32,000 nt of DNA. Origin: Candidatus Saccharimonadota bacterium (lineage in GTDB: Bacteria > Patescibacteriota > Gracilibacteria > UBA4473). Each line of letters opens with the position of its first letter. Positions within the stretch are counted from its first letter, which is position 1. Position numbers and translations under genes: made by a program. This document shows positions 15,949 through 24,345 of this stretch, piece by piece. The notes beneath the pieces were generated by a model. That model was not told where the DNA came from. It did not search any database and saw only the letters and a program-made list of their open reading frames with translations. Where the stretch lies: positions 180,001-212,000 of the forward strand of contig OY781871.1 of the NCBI GenBank assembly GCA_963677105.1. The letters are read 5' to 3'.

Positions 15949-18900
15949 TTTGTTCTTTGATAATAACGTTCCAATTTCACTTATAAGTTCGTCATACCAA
16001 GTTACTGGCAACTTTTCGAGCTTCAATTTCAATGATGTAGCGGTAATCGTCCACTGATATTTTCCTTTTTGAACTAATCCAAAAATTTGATCTGGTGTAA
16101 AGTTCTTTCCCATTCTCAACACTATTTCATATGATTTGTGAGACGAACGATTAATTTTTACTCCTGATAAATTTGTTTCACGCAATAACATTTTCATGCG
16201 AATCACTCGGCACAAATTTTCTACTTCCAACGGTAATGTTCCAAAATCCATGCGTAAATCTCGACGCATTTCATCTAGTGCTTCCTGTGTTTCAGTTGAA
16301 GCTAATTCTTGATACACACGAATTTTTTCAGCTGCATTTGGAATAAAGTGAACCGGAATATAAGCAGATAATGGAATCTCTACCGTGATATTTTCAGTTT
16401 CTTCTATTTCAGCAGAAAGTTCTCCTCGACGCATTTGATCCACTGTTTTGTTTAACATTCTCATGAAATGGGAAACTCCAACATTTTTGATCGCTCCTGC
16501 TTGATTTACACCTAAAACTTCTCCCGCTCCACGAATTTCTAAATCACGCATTGCAATTTGAAATCCTGATCCAAGTTCGTTTGCTTCAACAATTGCACGC
16601 AATCGTTTCTTCGCTTCAAGCGCTAATTTTTGTCCATGATACAAGAAAAATGCATATGCTTGTGTTCGTCCTCGACCAACTCGCCCACGCAATTGATACA
16701 ACTGTGATAATCCAAATTTTTCTGCTCGCGACACAATCAATGTATTTGCGTTCGATAAATCGATTCCATTTTCAATAATTGTAGAAGCTATTAGAACTTG
16801 CGCTTCTCCGTTTTTAAATGCACGAACTTTTTGCTCTAATTCTTCTGGTTTTAATTGTCCATGTGCAACAAGAAACTTTACCTCTGGAACAAGCGCTTCT
16901 AATTGTTTTGCTAATCCATCAATAGATCGAACTTCATTATGCAAAAAATACACTTGTCCTCCTCGCGCTGTTTCGAAAAGAATCCGTTCACGAATTAAAT
17001 TCAAATTATATTTTCGTACTTCCGTCACAACCGGAAGTCTTCCTGGCGGAGGTGTCGTAATAGTTGAAATATCTTTCAACTTGTTCAAACTCATATTTAA
17101 TGTACGAGGAATCGGTGTCGCGGTCATCGTCAACACATGAACTCCCGAACGAAATCGTTTCAATTTTTCTTTTTGCTTCACTCCAAACCTCTGTTCTTCG
17201 TCGACCACAATTAATCCAATATTTTTAAATTTAATATCTTCTGATAACAAGCGATGTGTTCCAATCACAATATCGACTAATCCAAGTTCTATTTTTTTCA
17301 AAATATCTTTTTGCTCTGCTGCAGACTGAAATCGTGATAATAGCGCAATTTCTACACCAAAATTTTTCCCATCAATTCGTTTCTGAAACGATTGCCAATG
17401 TTGTTCTGCCAAAATAGTAATCGGTGCCAAAATAGCGGCCTGCATTCCACTTCGAAATGTTTTAAATGCCGCTCGCATAGCAATTTCTGTTTTCCCAAAC
17501 CCAACATCTCCACAAACCAATCGATCCATTGGACGGGAAGATTCTAAATCTCTTCTTACATCATCCCACGCATTTGATTGTCCAGGCGTAAGTTCATATG
17601 GAAATCCTTCGTTAAACTCATGCATCATTGGATCGTCTGCCGAGAATGGTTTTCCTTTTGCCAACTCTCGTAATGCATATAATTTTAAAAGTTCCTTTGC
17701 TATTTTTTCTGCTTCTACATGTAATTTCTTTTGTGATTGTTGCCAATCTGATGCTCCCAATCGAGTTAATTTCGGTGCTTCATCTCCCAAAAATTTCGTA
17801 ATTTTCTCTGCTGATGCAACCGGAATAAAAAGTTTATCATTTCCGGCATATCCTAATCGCAAAAACTCTCGAACACCTAATTCCTCACTCAATTCTCGAC
17901 GCACAATTCCTTCGAATTTCGCAACTCCATGATCGGAATGAACGACATAATCTCCTGATTTCAAAGACAACATCAATTCTGTATTTATTCCAGAAATCGC
18001 TTTCTTTTGACGAGAAGTTCGATGAAACTGAAAAATTTCTTTATCGGTCAAAAAAACAAATTTTTGATCATTATTTTGAAATGAATGTGGTGCAATATCA
18101 GCTGGATCCAGCTCTATCACTTTTACTGTACTTGGCGTTGTATCAGATAAATCTTTCGTAAACATAATATCGTTTTCTCGAAAAATTGTTTCTAATTCCT
18201 CAAACTTTTTCGTTGCAATTGCGATAATAAATCCACGATGAAATCGCTCTTTCACATCTACAACAAAATCTGGAATCGTATAAAACGGTAATACGGAAAA
18301 GAAATTAAGATGAAAAAATATTTCATCCTCTCCGGGAAATGTTGTAAATTTTATCGTTGGAAACGGCGTTTCTGGAATCCCATCCGAGTCCAAATCATCT
18401 GCCAAAAAAACACTTGGCATATCTGATGGTAAAAGTTCCCATAAGGTTGATCCTCGATTTTCTCCGAATTTCACTGGAAAAGCTGAAACTGTTTCTACCT
18501 CTGAAATTTCAATATTTTTTTCTTGATCAATGGACGCAATTCGCTCCACTTGATCACCAAACAATTCCATTCGTATGCAATGTTCTCCATTAATTGGGAA
18601 CACAAAAAGATTTTCTCCTCGACGCACAAATTCTCCTGGTTGAACAATACGATCTTCTGCCGCAACATATCCAATTCGCGCCAAATGTTCAAATGTTTCA
18701 AAAAGCTGAATCGTTTCTCCTGATCGAATAATAACTGAATCTTCCTGAAACGCCTCTTCTGTTGGAAAACGTTGTTCGCAAGTTTTTTCAAAATCCTCAA
18801 ACAACAATAACATTGGCTTCTCTGCTCTCGCTAAAGAGAGCACTTTATAGAGTTGTGCTGGTTGTAAAGTCGCTGGTAATTCTATAACTTCTCCTGCAAA

Positions 18901-19113
18901 GAATAACGCCGCAGATGAAGCGATCGCATCTGAATGTTCGTCTGTAGATGCCCAAAACACATTTCGAAAATGCGTTCGTTGTAGCATTTGCGTTACTAAA
19001 AAATTTTTCGCCGCATTATTTGCGAGATTCACTAAAGTAACTCTCCCACTTTTTTCAAGTTCCACTAAAGGATCTGAAAGATCTAAATCGAACGGGAGCG
19101 ATGTCAACTTCAT
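15946..19113 (-). CDS. mfd: transcription-repair coupling factor Mfd
   Basis: CarD-like region (GDYVVHSDHGVAKFEG), superfamily 2 helicase motifs (GDVGFGKTE, DEEQRFG, TATPIPRT, QLRGRVGR), C-terminal TRCF domain. Confidence 0.95.
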   Translation of the reverse strand: MKLTSLPFDLDLSDPLVELEKSGRVTLVNLANNAAKNFLVTQMLQRTHFRNVFWASTDEHSDAIASSAALFFAGEVIELPATLQPAQLYKVLSLARAEKPMLLLFEDFEKTCEQRFPTEEAFQEDSVIIRSGETIQLFETFEHLARIGYVAAEDRIVQPGEFVRRGENLFVFPINGEHCIRMELFGDQVERIASIDQEKNIEISEVETVSAFPVKFGENRGSTLWELLPSDMPSVFLADDLDSDGIPETPFPTIKFTTFPGEDEIFFHLNFFSVLPFYTIPDFVVDVKERFHRGFIIAIATKKFEELETIFRENDIMFTKDLSDTTPSTVKVIELDPADIAPHSFQNNDQKFVFLTDKEIFQFHRTSRQKKAISGINTELMLSLKSGDYVVHSDHGVAKFEGIVRRELSEELGVREFLRLGYAGNDKLFIPVASAEKITKFLGDEAPKLTRLGASDWQQSQKKLHVEAEKIAKELLKLYALRELAKGKPFSADDPMMHEFNEGFPYELTPGQSNAWDDVRRDLESSRPMDRLVCGDVGFGKTEIAMRAAFKTFRSGMQAAILAPITILAEQHWQSFQKRIDGKNFGVEIALLSRFQSAAEQKDILKKIELGLVDIVIGTHRLLSEDIKFKNIGLIVVDEEQRFGVKQKEKLKRFRSGVHVLTMTATPIPRTLNMSLNKLKDISTITTPPPGRLPVVTEVRKYNLNLIRERILFETARGGQVYFLHNEVRSIDGLAKQLEALVPEVKFLVAHGQLKPEELEQKVRAFKNGEAQVLIASTIIENGIDLSNANTLIVSRAEKFGLSQLYQLRGRVGRGRTQAYAFFLYHGQKLALEAKKRLRAIVEANELGSGFQIAMRDLEIRGAGEVLGVNQAGAIKNVGVSHFMRMLNKTVDQMRRGELSAEIEETENITVEIPLSAYIPVHFIPNAAEKIRVYQELASTETQEALDEMRRDLRMDFGTLPLEVENLCRVIRMKMLLRETNLSGVKINRSSHKSYEIVLRMGKNFTPDQIFGLVQKGKYQWTITATSLKLKLEKLPVTWYDELISEIGTLLSKNK

Positions 19114-19235
19114 TCTTTGAACAAAATTTGTATTCTAATACATACGGAAACCTGAAATCGAGCACAAATATAAAAAGGCGTCGATTCAATTTCGTGTGAA
19201 TTGTGATTACTTTCAAAAAAATTGCAAATCTTTCT

Positions 19236-19272
19236 TAAATTAAAAAAGGTGCGGATCACGAGGGATCCGCAC
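19236..19272 (-). terminator. intrinsic terminator of the 19-codon sORF
   Basis: GTGCGGATC (19249-19257) pairs with GATCCGCAC (19264-19272): 9 perfect bp with a 6-nt loop. Minus-sense tail is CTTTTTTAATTT. Confidence 0.8.
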
Positions 19273-19301
19273 ACAACTCTTTGCTAGATCGGCTTTTTCT
19301 T

Positions 19302-19361
19302 TTAACGATTACCAGCGAGTTCTTCTACATTCATGATTGCGATTGTTGTTATTTTTTTCAT
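19302..19361 (-). CDS. 19-aa small ORF, MKKITTIAIMNVEELAGNR
   Basis: Below the ORF-track cutoff. AAAGGAGGTG SD 6 nt before the ATG, the best SD in the window. Has its own promoter candidates and terminator. Confidence 0.45.
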   Translation of the reverse strand: MKKITTIAIMNVEELAGNR

Positions 19362-19381
19362 AAGACACCTCCTTTAGGGTC

Positions 19382-19409
19382 ATACTAACAACGTGATAAT
19401 ACATGTAAA
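19382..19409 (-). promoter_or_regulatory. predicted promoter of the sORF
   Basis: Minus strand: TTTACA-N16-TAGTAT. A second candidate, TTGACC-N18-TACTAT, lies at 19423-19452. Confidence 0.4.
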
Positions 19410-19559
19410 AAACCTGATTGCGATAGTAATGTCTGTGCTTCAAATTGGTCAAATTAGCCAATTTAAAATTACACAAACTTCAAAGAGCCCGTCTAATGTA
19501 CGTATAATGAAAGATATGTCAAACACGTACTTAATATCTAAAGTTTGGAAATAAATCTT

Positions 19560-19589
19560 TGGAAAATAAAAAACAGTTTCCTGTTTTTT
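19560..19589 (-). terminator. A/T-rich hairpin terminator of dnaN
   Basis: Minus sense: AAAAAACAG-GAAA-CTGTTTTTT (9 bp, GNRA loop) followed by ATTTTCC. Confidence 0.55.
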
Positions 19590-19595
19590 ATCTGA

Positions 19596-20699
19596 CTACA
19601 TTTTTAGTGGCATCACCAAGTGCACAAAGTCTGTTCCTGAAACAGTTTTGAAAACTGCTGGACTCATCTTCGTATCGAGCTCCAATTTCACTGTTGATTC
19701 ACTTGAAAGCGCTCCCAAAACATCCAATACATAATCCGTATTCAACGCAATAATATTTGGTTCTCCTTCCACTTTCACTGGAATAATAGTACGTTCTTCT
19801 CCAATTTCTGTTGCATCAGTAGAAACTGCTAATGTTCCATCCGAAAATACTTCCAACTTCATATGTTGATTGTTTTGTTTTGCAAAAATAGAAACTCGAC
19901 GAACAGCTAATTCAAATGCTGCACGTTCGATTTCAATCGTAGAAGAAATTTTCTTTGGAATAATTTGTTGATAATCTGGAAACTGTCCGTCAATCAATCG
20001 AGAAGTTAATTGTGTGTTTTCAACAGTAAACATTACTTGATTTTCTCCAATCGTCACACGAACTTCTTCTTCTCCAGAAACCAAACGATCCGCTTCAAAT
20101 ACTGCTCGCACAGGAATAACACATTTTCGTGCTTCCACTGGAGTTGTTAATTTCAATAATTTTTCAGACAAACGATATGAATCCGTTGCTGCCATTCTTA
20201 ATTCTGATTTATCAGCTCCAAAATACACTCCCGCTAAAATTGGACGAGAAGAATGTTCTTGTGCCGCAAAAGCAACTTGATGTACTGCAGAACGAAAACT
20301 TTTTGAATCCAATGCTAGTTTAACACCGGCATCAACTGTCGCAATCTGAGGAAATTCGTCAGCAGAAATTCCTTTAATTTTTGTTTTTGAAGATGGAGAT
20401 TTTACTGCCAGTGTCGCTCCATCTGTAGCAGTTAACTCAATATCATCATTTTTTTCAAGTAATGATGTATATGATGTTAAAATCTTTGCTGGAACGGTAA
20501 TTGCTCCTTCATTTTTTACAATTGCTTCACATGATGTCGCAATTGATAATTCTAGGTTGGTAGCATAAAAATTTACTTTCTTTCCTTCTGCTCGAATTAA
20601 AATGTTTCCAAGTACGGGCAAAGTGTTTTGTCCGGCAACTGCTCGCGACACTATTTTTAATGCTTCCAACAACGAATTCTGTGAAATTATTACTTTCAT
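19596..20699 (-). CDS. dnaN: DNA polymerase III beta sliding clamp
   Basis: 367 aa with the three-domain clamp pattern: MKVIISQNSLLEALKIVSRAV..., LPVLGNILI, ATDSYRL, RLIDGQFPDYQQIIP. Confidence 0.95.
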   Translation of the reverse strand: MKVIISQNSLLEALKIVSRAVAGQNTLPVLGNILIRAEGKKVNFYATNLELSIATSCEAIVKNEGAITVPAKILTSYTSLLEKNDDIELTATDGATLAVKSPSSKTKIKGISADEFPQIATVDAGVKLALDSKSFRSAVHQVAFAAQEHSSRPILAGVYFGADKSELRMAATDSYRLSEKLLKLTTPVEARKCVIPVRAVFEADRLVSGEEEVRVTIGENQVMFTVENTQLTSRLIDGQFPDYQQIIPKKISSTIEIERAAFELAVRRVSIFAKQNNQHMKLEVFSDGTLAVSTDATEIGEERTIIPVKVEGEPNIIALNTDYVLDVLGALSSESTVKLELDTKMSPAVFKTVSGTDFVHLVMPLKM

Positions 20700-20827
20700 G
20701 AGGGATTTCTAAAACAATACATCTAAATTTTGAGGGCTTTTCATGAATCTGTCAAAAAAATATCAGGTCTCTCTTCTTGTTTTTAGTTGCACATTAAAAT
20801 TCATACCTTGATTTTTTCTTGAACTTC

Positions 20828-20856
20828 TTGTTTTTTATTTATTTTTATGGTAGAAT
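20828..20856 (+). promoter_or_regulatory. predicted extended -10 promoter of the 1120-aa gene
   Basis: TTGTTT-N17 with TGG-TAGAAT (TAGAAT at 20851-20856, TG at 20848-20849). Confidence 0.4.
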
Positions 20857-20881
20857 TCTCTGATTTTCGAAATAAAATTTC

Positions 20882-23800
20882 ATGAAAATATTACCTTCGT
20901 TTTCGGGACTAGCAATGATTAACAAACGATTCCTTTGGAATGAAGTTTCATTAAATAAAGAATCTCTTGGCGGAAAAGCCGAGTGGGCAAAAGAACAATT
21001 AAAAAAAGAAACGGCCGATGATCTCGGAAATTTATTAGAAAAAGATGTTCTCACAAAAGAGAATGTTATTACATTACTCGATACAGATACTGCAAAACAA
21101 AATTGGAATAAAAAAACAGATACACCAGCAAATTCTGCGCGTTATGTCTTAGCATTACAAGCTGGATTAAAAATCTTAGGACAAAATCCTGGAACAATTG
21201 ATGCAATGTGGGGAAACAATACAAAAAATGCTGTTATAGCATTTCAGACAAAATGGAATACAGATAATCCAAAAGATGTAATTGCTGTAGACGGAGCTCC
21301 AGGACCTCAAACGATTGGACGAATGCTTCAAGCATTAGGGAAAACTCCTACTACTCAACCTCAAGCACAAACAAATAAACCCGCTCCAAAACCTGTTGTT
21401 GCTCAAAAAGTTAAAACTTCAGAAGCTGTAACCGTAACGGAACACCCTGATGAAAAAGTATCAAAATTGAGTATAGAAAATATACCTACTGATGAAAAAG
21501 ATTTTTATAACGTACAAATTCCAGCTACTACATCTGAAAAAGTAGATGAAAATTTTGCACAAGAACAACTGAACTCAAAACTCACTCTCATTAAAGAATT
21601 GACGATTAGTAGTGAAAAATATGAGGACGTGTGTAAGGATGACCCAAATTGGGGAAATTTCAAAAACTTAGTAGCACAAAAACAAACAGATATTCTTAAT
21701 GAATACAAACAATCAATCAAAGACTTAGAAAGTGGTAAGATAGTTTCTTTAAAAGGAAGTATTAAGGGAGATATCTCGGCTCTTGCAGATAAAACTATTG
21801 ATGATTTATTAGCTAAAGCTGGTATTCAAATAGATTCTTTTGATAAACTAGATGTCGAAACTTCTAACACAGAAACAAGAACAGAAGCTGTTGAGCAAAC
21901 AGCTGTTGTAAAAAAAGGTTCTGAAAACAACAAAAATACAGAAAGAGTACTGTTTGACGACATTGTGTTTACACCAGAAGTAACCAATCAATTAATAAGT
22001 ATTTTAAATGGAAGAACTACTGTTACTAAGCAAGATGAAAAAAAACTTGAAGATTGGTATAATGCAAAGAAAAATAATGAAACAAAAGATGATTCCGATC
22101 TAATTGACTCAAATGCAACTGAATCTTCTGAAACCGAAAAAACAAATCCATCTGATTTTATTAAAGGTGGAAAATGGATCGATGGCGCAAAAGAAAACAT
22201 AAAAGTAGATGGAATTAATAAAATTGTTGCTGTAAATGAATATGGAATTATTCAAGGAGCTAATGAAGCCGCTCTTTGTAACATGAAAGATGGTTCATTA
22301 TTTGAACACAATGGAAAAAATGTGTTTGGAGCTATCGATTACAACGCAAATTCTCAAACATATGAAATCTATCCAACACAAACAGATCCTGAAATTAAGG
22401 TGAAACTTGAAAATGGAGTATTTAAAGTAGTAACAGAAGAAAAAACCGAAGAACCTGTTGCTGTAGAAAAAAAGGAAGTAACTAAGTCTACAAATCCAAG
22501 TGATTACATTGAGGGAGGAAAATGGAAAAATAAAGAAGAAGCCGAAAAAAATATTAAAATCGATGAAATTGGTACTGTTGAAACTTTAAATGACAATGGA
22601 ATTATTCAGGGATCGAATAATAAATACGTTCTTATGAATATGAAAACTGGAAAACTTGCTACATTAAATACAGGAGGAATAGCAACTTACGATAGCATTT
22701 CATATAATTCCAAAAATGAAACATACACACTTAATGGTCAATTAAAGGTAAAACTGAATGACAAAAATGAGTTTGCTATGCTTCCAGAAGAAAAAGAAAC
22801 ACAAAACAAAAAAGTATTAAATAAATTAAAGGAAATTGGAGGAGAAAGCTTAGATAAACCGTTTACTCTTGAAGGACTAACTTTTACTCCTGATACAACA
22901 AATATAGATGCTACAAAACATATATTTAAATCTGTTTACAAGGAACAAGTATTTGAAATTACAATTTCTACAACCGATCCCGTTAATTCAACTTTATCTC
23001 TTACAAGTAAAGCCGGCCTTTCTCTTATAAACCAAGAGGTAACAACTGCGAAAAATTTAAAAACATATATAACAGGGGCCAAAGAACTAATTGATAAGCA
23101 AAATACTATTTCTGAAGATAGTAAAAAAATACTCGATATGAATGTAACAAGTGAAAGCCTTGAAGAATTCACGGCATTAATTACTAAAACATATCCTACT
23201 AGAGATACTGATTTTTGGAAAAATAATCCTAATATAGCTGAAAAGTGTAAAAGTGAAATTATCGATAAAAAAGATGAGTCATATGCAAAATTAGAACTTC
23301 TTCTGTCTACAAACGATATAGAAGAATACAAGAAATATCTTAAATCTGATGCTGCAGAAACTCACGAAAAACTTGGAAAAGCATATAAAGATGTTTTCGA
23401 TTCCTCAGCAACAAATTACTTCACAAAACCAATGATTGAACAAATGCTTCAAGAAAAAATTAAGAAAATTGAGTCTGTCGAAGGATCTTCTTGGAAACAA
23501 CCAAAAGAAAATAGTGAAATTGATTTTAATCATACGAATTATCCGAAAAGCATCATTTTACATGAAAAAGATTCTAACCGACTTATGGCTCAAAAATATA
23601 TTAATGGGCAACTCTTAGAATTAAAATTAGCTGAAAAAAATATCACAAAAGAAGTAGAAAAATATGATAATGTCACTCAATCGCTTATTAAATCCGCATT
23701 AACAGATAAAACTATTTCTATATTAGATACTGTAAAAGATTGTATTTCTAATGCCAACGGACGAAGAATTCATATTAAAAAAGATGACATCTCTCCCTGG

Positions 23801-24244
23801 AAAAATCTTATTACAAATGCTAAAAACAATGTAATAAAAGCTTATGAAGAAGGAACGTTTTCATTCGATGATCGTATCAAAATTGATCTCGATAACCTTG
23901 AATTTTCTGAAGATACTTCTGAAGAATCAAAAAAAATACTTCTATCATTAAAAAAAGATTTAAATAGAAATAACGATTCACATAAATACTCTAATGACGA
24001 AGGAAAAACTGTCTACGAAACATCGCGTGGTCATAAAGGATTTATAATCAAAAAAGAAAACTACAATAAACTGGGACAAGGTACAAACGATATAAATAAT
24101 AGAAAATTAGAAAAAACTACTTACTACAATTACACTGTAGAAATAAATCCAGAAACTGGAATTGCAACACTTACCTGTAAAGAAAATGATATAAAAACAA
24201 TAAATGAAAAGGAAGAAAATAAACCAGAATCTACTAATAACTAA
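20882..24244 (+). CDS. large (1120 aa) peptidoglycan-binding-domain protein with K/E/N/T-rich repeats
   Basis: PG_binding_1-like segment at aa 84-152: ARYVLALQAGLKILGQNPGTIDAMWGNNTKNAVIAFQ...VDGAPGPQTIGRMLQAL. P/T/Q linker, then about 950 aa with no recognised family. No clear signal peptide. Confidence 0.8.
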   Translation: MKILPSFSGLAMINKRFLWNEVSLNKESLGGKAEWAKEQLKKETADDLGNLLEKDVLTKENVITLLDTDTAKQNWNKKTDTPANSARYVLALQAGLKILGQNPGTIDAMWGNNTKNAVIAFQTKWNTDNPKDVIAVDGAPGPQTIGRMLQALGKTPTTQPQAQTNKPAPKPVVAQKVKTSEAVTVTEHPDEKVSKLSIENIPTDEKDFYNVQIPATTSEKVDENFAQEQLNSKLTLIKELTISSEKYEDVCKDDPNWGNFKNLVAQKQTDILNEYKQSIKDLESGKIVSLKGSIKGDISALADKTIDDLLAKAGIQIDSFDKLDVETSNTETRTEAVEQTAVVKKGSENNKNTERVLFDDIVFTPEVTNQLISILNGRTTVTKQDEKKLEDWYNAKKNNETKDDSDLIDSNATESSETEKTNPSDFIKGGKWIDGAKENIKVDGINKIVAVNEYGIIQGANEAALCNMKDGSLFEHNGKNVFGAIDYNANSQTYEIYPTQTDPEIKVKLENGVFKVVTEEKTEEPVAVEKKEVTKSTNPSDYIEGGKWKNKEEAEKNIKIDEIGTVETLNDNGIIQGSNNKYVLMNMKTGKLATLNTGGIATYDSISYNSKNETYTLNGQLKVKLNDKNEFAMLPEEKETQNKKVLNKLKEIGGESLDKPFTLEGLTFTPDTTNIDATKHIFKSVYKEQVFEITISTTDPVNSTLSLTSKAGLSLINQEVTTAKNLKTYITGAKELIDKQNTISEDSKKILDMNVTSESLEEFTALITKTYPTRDTDFWKNNPNIAEKCKSEIIDKKDESYAKLELLLSTNDIEEYKKYLKSDAAETHEKLGKAYKDVFDSSATNYFTKPMIEQMLQEKIKKIESVEGSSWKQPKENSEIDFNHTNYPKSIILHEKDSNRLMAQKYINGQLLELKLAEKNITKEVEKYDNVTQSLIKSALTDKTISILDTVKDCISNANGRRIHIKKDDISPWKNLITNAKNNVIKAYEEGTFSFDDRIKIDLDNLEFSEDTSEESKKILLSLKKDLNRNNDSHKYSNDEGKTVYETSRGHKGFIIKKENYNKLGQGTNDINNRKLEKTTYYNYTVEINPETGIATLTCKENDIKTINEKEENKPESTNN
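22142..22800 (+). repeat. intragenic tandem duplication (2 x about 116 aa)
   Basis: TNPSDFIKGGKW...ENIKVD...GIIQGAN...NMKDG...YN..SQTYE...KVKLENG aligns with TNPSDYIEGGKW...KNIKID...GIIQGSN...NMKTG...YNSKNETY...KVKLNDK. Offset is 348 nt. Confidence 0.8.
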
Positions 24245-24271
24245 TTTTTTCTTATTACAAACTATATTACT

Positions 24272-24303
24272 GGAACAGGTTATAAAACCTGTTCCATTTT
24301 TAT
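24272..24303 (+). terminator. intrinsic terminator of the 1120-aa gene
   Basis: GGAACAGGT-TATAAA-ACCTGTTCC (9 bp) followed by ATTTTTAT. Confidence 0.8.
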
Positions 24304-24309
24304 TACACA

Positions 24310-24337
24310 TTGACCAATCCTCTTCCTCAAGTACAAT
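24310..24337 (+). promoter_or_regulatory. predicted promoter giving a near-leaderless mRNA
   Basis: TTGACC-N16-TACAAT. The -10 ends 8 nt before the ATG at 24346 and there is no SD. Confidence 0.45.
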
Positions 24338-24345
24338 TCTAATCG

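Noticed and set aside
19114-19361. sORF acting as a leader-peptide attenuator of mfd (Ile/Thr-rich peptide followed by a terminator)
   Set aside because: I could find no alternative antiterminator pairing with the GTGCGGATC arm. About 135 nt of potential promoter-bearing DNA separates the terminator from mfd. It is kept only as a minor hypothesis in the sORF finding.
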